A stretch of 64,000 nucleotides of DNA from Mobula hypostoma. Taxonomy: Eukaryota. Both the position numbers and the translations under genes were made by a program. Positions 51,001-63,000 of this stretch are shown in pieces; position 1 is the stretch's first letter; the number at the start of each line of letters is the position of its first letter. Location of the stretch: NCBI RefSeq assembly GCF_963921235.1, contig NC_086116.1, positions 17,112,001-17,176,000 on the forward strand. Reading direction: 5' to 3'. Below the pieces are notes generated by a model that made no database searches, was not told the DNA's origin, and saw nothing but the letters and a program-made list of their open reading frames with translations.

Positions 51001-54000
51001 ACTACACCCTGTCTCATACAAGGTTGGCAGAAATGTTTCAGCCAAATTCACCATCGCGGGCGGGGCCTCCATGCTGGCAGGCTGACCCGTCAATCTCACG
51101 ACTGGGAACACGATCCCTCCGGCGATGTCATTACCGAGCAAGACTTCCACGTCTTTCATCGGTAATTCGGACCTCACCCCGATCGTGACTAGTCCAGAGA
51201 CCAGGTTGCTCTGTAAATGTATCTGGTGCAAAGGGACTGACTCTGTCCCTTCCCCAACACCTTTGACCTCTACCTCCCCAGTCTGGGTCTCTGAGCTAAA
51301 CTCTAATACACTCTTCAGTATTAGTGACTGACACGCTCCCGTGTCTCTCCAGATCCGCACTGGAACTGGTTTTAACCTCTCCTTCACTGACACCAGTCCG
51401 GCCGAGATAAACCTCTCGCGCCCTTCCTGGACTTTTTCAGACCTGTCCTTCCCTAGCGGTTCGCTTAACAGCTCAATACAGCCATTCAAAATTTCCGCTT
51501 TTCCTTTCCCCGTCTCCTTCCTTGGGGCAAAGCACCTGGACGCAAAGTGTCCGACTTTCCCACAATTATAACAGACGACCCCAGGAGACTTCCTACCAGA
51601 CTGCTCCCGGTCTACCTTATCCTTTTCACTAGTCCCCGGCTTACTTTCTGACTTTTCCGGCGGACTCTCCCCGCCGTCCTGACTACCCTTCTGGTAGCCT
51701 TTACTCGGGGCAACCTTCATTTTATGCGTCAACGCATACTCATCCGCTAACTTAGCAGTTGCGGCTAACGTGGCTGCCTCTTTCTCATCGAGGTAGGGTC
51801 TCATACCCTCAGGGACACAACCTTTAAACTGCTCAATCAGAATCAGTTGCAGCAGTCTGTCATAATCCCCCTCTACCCCTTTCGAGGCGCACCAACGCTC
51901 ACAATATGTTTGCATCTCGCGAGCAAACTCCAAATACGTGCGGTCCCACCGCTTCCTCGCATTCCGGAACCTCTGCCGGTATGCCTCCGGGACCAACTCA
52001 TAAATCCTGAGGATGGCCTCCTTCACCACCTCATACTTCTGGGCATCTTCCGCGGATAAGGCGGAGTAAGCTTGTTGGGCTTTCCCTTTCAGTACACTCT
52101 GAAGTAAGACAACCCACTTATCCCTCGGCCATTCCTGACTTATGGCCACTTTTTCGAAATGGAGAAAGTACCGATCCACATCGGTATCGTCAAATGGGGG
52201 AACCAGCCTAACCTCCTGGGTCGCCCGGAACCCTCCACCTTGGTTCGGCACGAGCCCCTGCTCGGCCCTTATCTTTAACTTCTCCAGCTCAAATTCCCTT
52301 TCCCTCTGTTTCTCCTCTCTCTCCAACTGTCTGTCCCTCTCTCTCTCTTCTCTCTCCAACTGTCTTTCTCTCTCTTTCTCTTCGTGTTCTAACTGCCGTA
52401 CCCGGAACTCGTGCTCGAGTCTCAGTTTTTCAAGCTGTACCTGTACCGCGTCTCCAGCAGGTTTTTCAATAGACACCTCCCCCAGCTCACCTTGGGGAAA
52501 CACACCTTTAGATACATAGTGCTCTACAATAGCTCTGTGTATCTCCTCTCTCCTCATTGTCGACTTCACCTTAGCAAGATTCACCCGTTTGGCCACAGCT
52601 ATCAATTCCGATTTCCTGGCATCCTCTAATGCCTCCAAGGTCGGCGCCTTTATAAATTCCTCAACCTCCATTTCTGCTGTTTGTCTTTTCTTTCTTTCGG
52701 GAATTTTAACCCAATCAATTTACTCCGTCCCAAATTTAGCGTTCAAAATCGCGGACGAGAACCCCACTTATGTTACGTACCCCGTAACTGGGTTGCCAAA
52801 CCAGCAGAAATGGATCACTCAGTTGGAGTCTGGAGTACTCGAACTAAGAAAGTTTTATTAAAGAAACAAGCAACACAGTAATCGAAAGGATAATAAATGC
52901 AACAGTTCAGTGATGATAAACACACATGTGCACAGAATTAAGATAACAGCATCAATCAAGCTCTATCGTTGTCTAGGGGTAAATGACCAATTTCAAAATG
53001 ACTCAAAGTTCAGTCCAGTTTAGTAGTTCAGTTCGCAGTAATCGTTGCCATGGCGGTGGACAATGTGGGGGAAGAGAGAGATAGAATAGGAACAACTCAT
53101 CATTCAGAACGGCTTCACTCACAGACCAGCAGGATGGCTCACAGACCAGCGAGATGGCTCACAAACAGCTTTTTGGGCGGGTCCTTGGTGATGTCACCTG
53201 AGGTCACCGACTGTGACCCCTCCTCCAGATGCGGTCGATCCTCTGCAGTGAACCCGGCACCCAGGCAAGGGCGGACACACACCGGGTTCCCGCTGATCGT
53301 ACCTTTCCACCCTTGTCGTTGTCTGGGACTTCTCACCCACTCGTGAGAAGCGCACCGCTTCCAGGGTCTCGTTACCTCGGGTGGCGTGTGTGTCTGTCTT
53401 AGCGAACCTGTCCCTTTTTATCCCCCTGCTGGGGTATCGCCTGTCCATCACTTCAAACAGTTCAGGGCTCAAAGGGGGGAGCCGCTCCAGACAGCTCTTC
53501 CTCCCACATCCCTTCATTACACATCTCCAGACGCTGCGCCATTGTTCCTTATCTCTCCTTCCCCTGAGGGCAGGTGGCAGACCAACTGCTGATGCCACTG
53601 ATGCTAGCCCAGGCCAGCAAACATCTTAATTTTATGTGTATTCTCGTAACAAATTTCATCCTGTTCAGGTTCTGCTGTTACTCTCAGCAAGGGGAAAGAA
53701 AAATCTACTCCCACATCAAAGAGTCTGCTGGTGCTCTAGGGTCACATCAGCTTTCTCAATTACCTTGAGAGCTGACCTGTTTGTTTACGGGTCCTGCCAT
53801 GTTTGCATGAAGCACCACTGGAGAATCAATTGATCATCAAGGTTAATTATCTTTGCACAATGGTTACACAATGCCTTTCAAGAACTGGAACCATCCTTGC
53901 TGCCCTTCTTGGATAATGTCTCACCCTACTGGTGGCCACTTTCTGGTCATGAAGATATGATTTCATGAGAATGGGCTGAATGCCCCTGATGTGATTATGA

Positions 54001-57000
54001 TCACATCCCAAGCAGAGCACTAGTTTACAGATTTCGTTGGTATGGTGGGATCTCCAAAATTTTAGTCCATATGACATGATAAATTTTACCTGCTGAAATA
54101 TTAATGACAATATCCACTTATTATGTATCATGATAGATTTTAAAATTCCTAATATTTTTGCATTCAGGCAAATACAAGTCAGAACAGTGCAAAAAAATAA
54201 ATCGTTTGATTAAAAGGATTATCAAGGATAACTGTGCAACTGAAGGCGATGTCAACATCCATCATTGTGAGGTACTATTTCCTGTATAGTTTACTGCTAT
54301 TTTGGTTAAGTCACTTTTCTCTTTGCACTGTAATGTCAGGCATTGAGTTGGGTACACTGCCAGCAAGAGGAGTCACAACTGTCTTTGAAAGTTTGCTTTC
54401 CTACTTCCACATCTTTTCTAGAAGTATTGAACAAATATAGAATGAGCTGGAATATCCAATTGCTTGTACATTGAGCCATGGTCACAGAGTGATACAGCAT
54501 GGAAATAGGTTCTTCAGCCCACTGACTCAAGATTTCTGTGTCACCTAGTCCCATTTGTCTGCATTTGCCCCATATCCTTTCAAATGTTTCCTATCCACCT
54601 ACCTGCCCAAGTGCTTCTTAAATTTAATGTTTTTCAATGTTTAAGAGAAGTTTGGATAGGTACATGGATGGTAGGGGTATGGAGGGTGATGGGAATAGGC
54701 AGTTTAAATGGCTCAGCACAGACTAGATGGGCTGAATAGCCTGTTTCTATGCTGAACTTTTCCATGACCCTATGGCTCTAAATGCTGTTGATATACCTGC
54801 CTCAAACAGTCTGTCTACAGCTTATTCCATACACAGATCATTCTTTGGGTGGAAAAAGTTGCAGTTGTTTATTATGAGTGGGCACGTGGCCAAGTGGTTA
54901 AGGCATTCGACTAGCGACCTGAAGGTCGTGAGTTTGAGCCCCAGCCAAGGCAGCGTGTTGTGTCCTTGAGCAAGGCACTTAACCACACATTGCTCTGGAC
55001 GACATGGGTGCCAAGCTGCATCGGCCCTTGCCCTTCCCTTGGACAACATTGGTGTCGTGGAGAGGGGAGACTTGCAGCATGGGCAACTGCCGGTCTTCCA
55101 TACAACCTTGCCCAGGTCTGCCCTTGCCCTGGAGAGTGAAGACTAACGGATGCCTTAACTTAACTGTTTATTATGCCATTTGTGCTGTCATTAGTCAATT
55201 CTTTCATCTGTGTTGAGAAATCTTTTCTTTACCTGCTTTTCTGCCTGATTTGTTTTCCCCAATAGCCATTCTTAAATCTTTGGTTGTACAAGATATTATT
55301 CAGATGCTGGAAATCTTGAGCAACACGCACAAAATAGAGAGAAATGAACAGCTGGCATTTCTGGCTGAGACCCTTTCCCCTTCTCCAGAAATACTCGACC
55401 CAAAATGTTGAGTGCTTATTTACCTCCAGAGATGCTGCCTAGTTCCTCCAGCAGTTTGTGTGGATAATACAAATATCTATTATCTTGATTTGTCAAGATA
55501 ATACATACATTATTTTTCTGAGATCACATTGCAGAACAAATCAATTTGAAATTAAATAGTTTTATTGGAAACAAAGTATCAAATAATGAACACATAAATA
55601 ACTAACAATACAATATAATAATGATATGCACAAACATGACTACAACAACATTTCTGCAAACATATGGCACTCATCACTAAACTGCTAGTTAACCTGGGCT
55701 TTAGCCACACCTTAGCCTGATTTAAATTTTATTTCTGTTGCTTTGTTGGTTATCAATGCTTTGAGAATCCAGTTGGATTTAATGTGCAACAATCACAAGT
55801 TCCTTGTAGCTGCCAGGCAAATAATGATTAAGTATACATAAATGGATGCTCTTTGTACAACTTCCCTGGTGCAGGCTATTGACCCCCTTCTACCTCAGAC
55901 ACAAATCAGCCAATTGTCTTCTGACTTTCAGAGACTGACAGACTGCCAAGCATGTAAATTATGGTCAACTGTATTTAATTAAGCCTGTAGTAATCAGGAA
56001 CTTGTCTGTTGCAGGTTCTATACTAGGTACAATTTTTTTTAAATGCTGAAAGTACTCTGTAGGTCAGGCAGCATCTCTGGGAAGAGAAGCAGAGTTAATG
56101 TTTCAAGTTGAATATCCTTCATCAGAATTCCTCTACGTGCATATTATCCTCCAGATCTGGGTGTAGAATATCCCCAGTGAACTAAGTTCCAGAGATTTCT
56201 GACTTATTTAAGTTGAATTCCCAGGGTATGCGCATGTAAAAGCCCTGAACATGCTGGACTCCACAAAAGACAATTCTTGCAGTGCATGTTATAGTGAAGG
56301 GTGTATTGTGCACATAGCAGTAGTGAGTAGTGCAATGGCAAATCACACCCACTGCAAACAGTGACAGCTTGCAAGTATATTTGGTATCAAAGGGACCATT
56401 TTAACTTGCACAAATACAAGTTATTAAAGAGAATGCCAATAGAACTCTTCCACTCTGGATTTACCACAGGAAAGTTGAAAACAACCACAGATCATTAGAT
56501 GATCAGATTAAAAGAGATTATTACTGGTGGAACTGAATTCTCAACAGACCATTCTTTGTGTTAGTGGAATTCTTTTAAGTAATAAACAAGTTATTTTTCC
56601 TAACCCTGTTAGCAGGTTTGGGTAATGCAAATTACTTTTTCTATTCCTGATAATATAGTTGATAATGTGCATGGAGTTCATTAAACAAATGAAAAACAAC
56701 CAGTTTTTCAGCAATATTAAAGCATGAAGTTATATGTCTATAATTGAGAGTTTTATTTGAAGAGTCAAACTCCCTTCTGTAATTAAATTCAACTACCAGA
56801 ATCATCTGTCCATTCTCCACCTATGATGGCTTAATTGGAAGAGACTGAGGGCTATTAAGTCCACTTGCTTGCACATGTTCCATAGATTAAGTGCTATATT
56901 TATACACCATAATTTAGTCTTCAATTCTCTTAGGTTTCCACACAGCAATTTTAATGGAGGGGTTGATAAACTGTTTCTCTTGCAAATACCATCGCCAAGG

Positions 57001-60000
57001 AGCACTTGGCACTGGACCACCCTCTGTGGGTCGCTGATTAACACATCTCAGAGGAAAGAGGAAGTGAGGAACACCAGTCATGTTCCATTGCAACATACCA
57101 TTGTGTGTCCCTGCTTCAGTGCACCACATCACCACTGTGTGAAATTTATCACTAGAAATGACCTATATATTACCAATTTATAACATTGTAATAATCCAGA
57201 AAAAAAGGCCTGGGTTCTATTTAGCTACTGAGCAAAGTGAATGTTGTAAGTGCTTTTAGGGCTATTTCGGCATAGACAGTTGATAGGAAAAAGTGCAGAT
57301 GTTGGAATGAGAATAAAAACCAGAAAGTGTTGGAGAAAGTCACAGGTCAGGCAGCATCTGTGAGTAGAGAAACAAAGGTGACATTTCATGTGGAGAGGGT
57401 GGTGAAGAAAGCTTTTGGTATGCTGGCCTTTATAAATCAGACAATTGAGTATAGGAGTTGGGACGCAATGTTGAAATTGTACAAGGCATTGATGAGGCCA
57501 AATTTGGAGTATTGTCTACAGTTTTGGTCACTGAATTATAGGAAAGATGTCAACAAAATAGAGAGAGTACAGAGAAGATTTACTAGAATGTTACCTGGGT
57601 TTCATCACCTGAGTTACAGAGAAAGGTTGAACAAGTTGGGTCTTTATTCTCTGGAACGTAGAAGGTTGAGGGGGGAGTTGATAGGGGTATTTAAAATTAT
57701 GAGGGGGATAGATGGAGTTGACGTGGATAGGTTTTTTCCATTGAGAGTGGGGGAGATTCAAACAAGAGGACATGAGTTGAGAGCGAAAAGGCAAAAGTTT
57801 AGGGGTAACATGAGGGGGAACTTCTTTACTCAGAGAGTGGTAGCTGTGTGGAATGAGCTTCCAGCAGAAGTGGTTGAGGCAGGTTTGATGTTGTCGTTTA
57901 AAGTTAAATTGGATAGCTATATGGACAGGAAAGGAATGGAGGGTTATGGGCTGAGTGCAGGTCTGTGGGACTAGGTGAGAGTAAGAGTTCGGCATGGACT
58001 ACAAGGGCCGAGATGGCCTGTTTCTGTGCTGTGATGTTTATATGGTTATTTCAGTTGGGAGAGCTGTCATCAGAGCTGTCGGGTACTGTTTCTGGTATTT
58101 TAGCAGGTAATAAACAAAATCTGCAGCATCAACCCAGTGAACTGGATAATAGTCTCAAGTGATGTTTTGACCTGAATTTTCCTAAGAAATTTTGTGAAGG
58201 CATCAATGATTCTACATAACTGCTGGAAAACCAGGATTTTTGTGCAGAAACACAGATGTCCCAGGATGAATGAAGCTCAGGAAGTGTTTCCCCATTCAGT
58301 TCAATAAACAAGAAAGCCTAGAAGGGGGCCAAGTTGAGAATCAATTAATTTTAGATCTTTTCAATTGTTTGGATGCTAAATAGTTCATGTCTTAATAGTT
58401 GTTTATTACTTTTTATTTTATTACTTCTACTTTTCAGAATGGTTTACAAGTTTAAATGCTTTAAATGTTTTTTGAATAATTCTTTAATAGATGTCTGGGG
58501 CCTTGGTAGTTCCAGCTAAGCCTGGCTTTGTTGGCTATTGAAGATTCCTTTCAGAGTTACACACACAAAGTTATAGAGGAAATCAGCAGGTCATGGTTGC
58601 ATCCGTGGAGAGGAATAAAGAGACAATGTTTTGGGGTGAGACCCTCCATTGCGACTCTTCCTGAAACATGGACTCTTTATTCATCTCCAGAGATGTTGCC
58701 TGACCTCCTGAGCTCCTCCAGCATTTTGTGGGTGTTACTCTAGATTTCCAGCATCTACAGAATACCTTCTGAAGATTTCTTTTGCCCTGTTCGTGACAGA
58801 GGCTATGGGATCTATTCTCGTACCCACCACATGATCCAGTAATGGCCTTGTAGCCTTGATCAGGTTGTTGCTAACTACCAGGCAGGTAGCCGCTGATGAC
58901 AAATTCTGGCCGCTTTATCTTTTAGTGTTTAACTTAAGAGCATTACAGAGTATTTTAATTCTATTGTGTTCCCAGTGGGAACCAATGCTCAATAGTAATA
59001 TGTTCCAGAGAAATTAACTTGAGTACCATAGTCCTTTGTTTAACGGTGTTGCCAAAAATGATTGAGTGTGTCATAACATGGGTTCCCACATATTACCACC
59101 ACACCCAGTCTAGGAATAAAAGAGAAAACGCTGGAAGCAGTCAGTGGGCCAGGCATCACCTGTGAAAAGAGAATCAGAGTTAGCACAACCACAAGAAGAT
59201 TTGCAGATACTTGAAATCCAGAGTAACACCCACAGGATGCTGGAGGAACTCAGCAGGTCAGGCAGCATCTATGGAGAAGAATAAACAGTCGATGTTTCCG
59301 GCCGAGAGTCCTGAAGAAGAACCTCAGCACAAACCATCGACTGCTTATTCTTTTCCATAGATGTTTCCTGATCTGCTGAGTTCTGCCAGCATTTTGTGAG
59401 TGTTGCATCAGTTACAATTTCAGCTCTGAGACGCATACGAGTTTCTGTTTTTTGATTCAGATTGCCAGCATCTGCTTTTCACAACCAGTCCAGAATTTCC
59501 TAGTCTCTGTTTTTTTTTCCAGTCAATTTTCAAAAAAAAAATCCAGTGTTTCTCATGATCCTATGGTTTTCTTTTGGATATGCCCTTAGCAGTATCCAGG
59601 GTTTATTTCCAAAGTAATTGAATCCAGGACAACCCTGTACAGTTGATGACCTTAATTTCAGTTCTCCCTCCAAGCACTAATTTGCAACAGGAGTGTGGGT
59701 GAGAAAATTTAACCTCACTCTCCCCTTTTAAGAATATTTCCATTCATGTTACAACCGTTTTGTACCTCACTGGCATGCTATAAATTTAGATTGGATGCCA
59801 TTCCTCATTTTTTGGCAAGCTGTATGAATTAAATCTTCTGTGGGTAAAAATATTAATTTGGTTATATCAACATCATCAACACTATTCAGCCACTTACATC
59901 CAAATTCCACAGCAAAAAGGCCCATGTCTTTTAAAGTGCTTCAAAGTCACTTTACGTTCGCTGCTTCACCTTGGAATATGACTTTATTTTAAATGCTCCA

Positions 60001-63000
60001 GATGTGCTATTTTTAGCAAGACTTGTGACTGTGCTGCATATTTTGCTGGGTAATTATTCAGACCCATAAAGATGCCTTGTTACACAATGCACTACCAGAT
60101 TTTACCAGTGAGGGGCACTGTGCAAAGTCATTGGGTGGGTAAAACTGGATCTATTGAACATGGAGATGATAAAAACTAATTGCGAATCTTTTTCTCCCCA
60201 CTCATTCAAACATAGACATATCCATGCATAAGTGCATACCTGTTCACACATGTATTTAACCATATATCCCAGCGCTATGGAACATTCGGTTCATGTTAGA
60301 AATGTTGCTTTTTTATGTACGTAGACAATCAAAGCACTGATACTTGGCACTCTCTAATGAAGAGACCAAGCCATACCTCACAGCTAATATCATTATAAGG
60401 GATTAACCTGGAAATATGAGCAGATATTCCAATTTATTTGGAGATACAGTGCTGATTTTCTCACTGTTCATATGCAAAACATAATTACAAAATTCTAGCG
60501 TGCCTCACATTATCAGTTCAGTTGAATTTTTCAGAGCAAGGTATTGGTGGTGTTCATCCTTGCTAAACATTATTTACTAGCTGTTGGACTGCATCTATCT
60601 AACACAGGTCAAGAGCAATGCAAAGAAAACTTAGTCTTAGCAGCCATAATTGATCAAGCTTGTATATAAGCATCTTATGTGTTTACATTTATTGGGTCTT
60701 TTTATTACAGTGATATTTATATTATTGTTTTTTGTGCTGCATCAGATCCAGAGTAAGAATTACTTCATTCTCTTTTACTCTTGTGTGCTGGAAGTGACAA
60801 TCATGAACCTTGAATCACAACCACCCACTCTGCAAACTACAATCCCAGTCCCCACTTCTTCACACATACATCCCATAAGTGAGTATGCACACAAGTGCAG
60901 AGTCATTTGTGCACACTGACACACTAGTACACACTTTTGCATATACTCACATGTACACACACACAAACGCACACAGCCTCGTGTGTATCCATACAAGTAC
61001 ATCGACACACACCCAGTTTTGTTCACATACACTCTCAAATGTATACACATTCATTCTCACAGGCATTCTCTGACACACACACTTTTCTTACCTGACAACA
61101 CACACATGCACTAACACTCTTACATCCATGCACAAAACTTATTGACACACATATTCCTCCACGTTACCTCTTTTTCCTTACATACAAACACAGTTATTCA
61201 TAGACACTCACACACACTTTCCCATTCTCTGTCGCGCTCTCTCTCGCTCACATAAAATTGTGCATCTATTATTCATACATGTAAGTGCAAACTTCAAATT
61301 TCCACTAGGTATATACATTCTGAAATCTTGCCTAAGGTACAAAATTGAATTCAATATCAAAACAAAATTTTGAAATCCAGATTAAAGTAAAATGATAACA
61401 GAAAGACAACTTACATTGGAGGGAGTACATTCAGATTGGATGGTTGTGACTAGTGCTGTCCCATGAGGATCTGTTCTGGGACCTCTACGTGATTTTTATT
61501 AACAACCTGGATGTGGGCGTATAAGGGTAGGTTGGAAAGTTTACAGACGACACAAAGGTTGGTGGTGTTGTAGATAGTGTAGAGGATTGTCGAAGATTTC
61601 AGAGAGACATTGATAGGATGCAGAAGTGGGCTGAGAAGTGGCAGATGGAGTTCAACCCAGAGAAGTGTGAGGTGGTACACTTTGGAAGGACAAACTCCAA
61701 GGCAGAGTGCAAAGTAAATGGGAGGATACTTGGTAGTGTAGAGGAGCAGTGGGATCTGGGGGTACATGTCTACAGATCCCTGAAAGTTGCCTCACAGGTG
61801 GATAGGGTAGTTAAGAAAGCTTATGGGGTGTTAGCTTTCATAAGTCGAGGGATAGAGTTTAAGAGTCGCGATGTAATGATGCAGCTCTATAAAACTCTGG
61901 TTAGGCCACACTTGGAGTATTGTGTCCAGTTCTGGTCACCTCACTATAGGAAGGATGTGGAAGCATTGGAAAGGGTACAGAGGAGATTTACCAGGATGCT
62001 GCCTGGTTTAGAGAGTATGGATTATGATCAGAGATTAAGGGAGCTAGGGCTTTACTCTTTGGAGAGAAGGAGGATGGGAGGAGACATGATAGAGGTGTAC
62101 AAGATAGTAAGAGGAATAGATAGAGTGGATAGCCAGTGCCTCTTCCCCAGGGAACCACTATTCAATACAAGAGGACATGGCTTTAAGGTAAGGGGTGGGA
62201 AGTTTAAGGGGGATATTAGAGGAAGGTTTTTTACTCAGAGAGTGGTTGGTGCGTGGAATGCACTGCCTGAGTCAGTGGTGGAGGCAGATACACTAGTGAA
62301 GTTTAAGAGACTACTAGACAGGTGTATGGAAGAATTTAAGGTGGGGGGTTATATGGGAGGCACGGTTTGAGGGTTGACACAACAGTGTGGGCCGAAGGGC
62401 CTGTAATGTGCTGTACCATTATGTCCTGAAGTACCTTATGACCAATAAAGTACTGTAAGTCTCAGATGTAAAATAACCAAACATTTTTTTCTTCCTGAGA
62501 AGTTGGTTGATGGATAAATATCAGATGGGAAAACTCCCTTGCTCTTTGAAATTCTGCAAGAGTATATGGGATCTCAGATTATGGCTCACCTGAATGATGA
62601 GAGGTCAGTCATTTAAAACTGAGGCGAGTAGAGAGTTTATACAGATGTTGTAAACTATTAGATTTCTTCATCTCCTCAGGGTCCTCAGTTGTTAAAGCTG
62701 CTTCAAGCTGAGACAGTTTTAGTTGCCTGGATAAACAGAGGACATAAGGATGAGGCTTGATACTTAACACTGGTGATGATTCCATTCAATGGTGTGAACA
62801 GGTTTAAGTTTCCATATAGCCTCCTTTTGTTTCTATAGTCTTCCTTCTCCTGTCACTCCAGTTGGACAATCCTATCTGCATCTGCAATATTCTGCAACAC
62901 GAAAAGCAGCCCAATTAGTTTCAAGATTCATTTCAGAAAAAAACAAACTTGTGGATGGAATAATTCGAATACAGTCCCATCTCCAATAACAAAACTGGAT

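Larger units (their letters stand above)
48841..53651 (-). mobile_element. Complete non-autonomous Gypsy LTR retrotransposon, Gmr1-like (IN before RT), in VWF intron 50
   Basis: Two near-identical LTRs with TGTTACG...CGTAACA ends; 4-bp TSD AATT at 48837-48840 and 53652-53655; PBS, PPT and one long ORF on the minus strand. Confidence 0.95.

Noticed and set aside
49873-52671. Domesticated SCAN/Gag host gene
   Set aside because: It is flanked by near-identical LTRs, PBS, PPT and TSD, so it is a recent mobile copy rather than a fixed host gene.
54878-54950. tRNA gene candidates here and at ~15545-15618
   Set aside because: No complete cloverleaf; these are SINE heads continuing into a shared body, one with a TSD.
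57327-57974. 215-aa ORF, and the 250-aa ORF at 61618-62370, as nested host genes
   Set aside because: Both are C-terminal fragments of CR1 ORF2 from 5'-truncated insertions.
3553-59343. CRISPR-like array or other prokaryotic system suggested by recurring short motifs
   Set aside because: The motifs are dispersed retroelement tails kilobases apart in a spliced vertebrate gene; no repeat-spacer periodicity and no cas genes.
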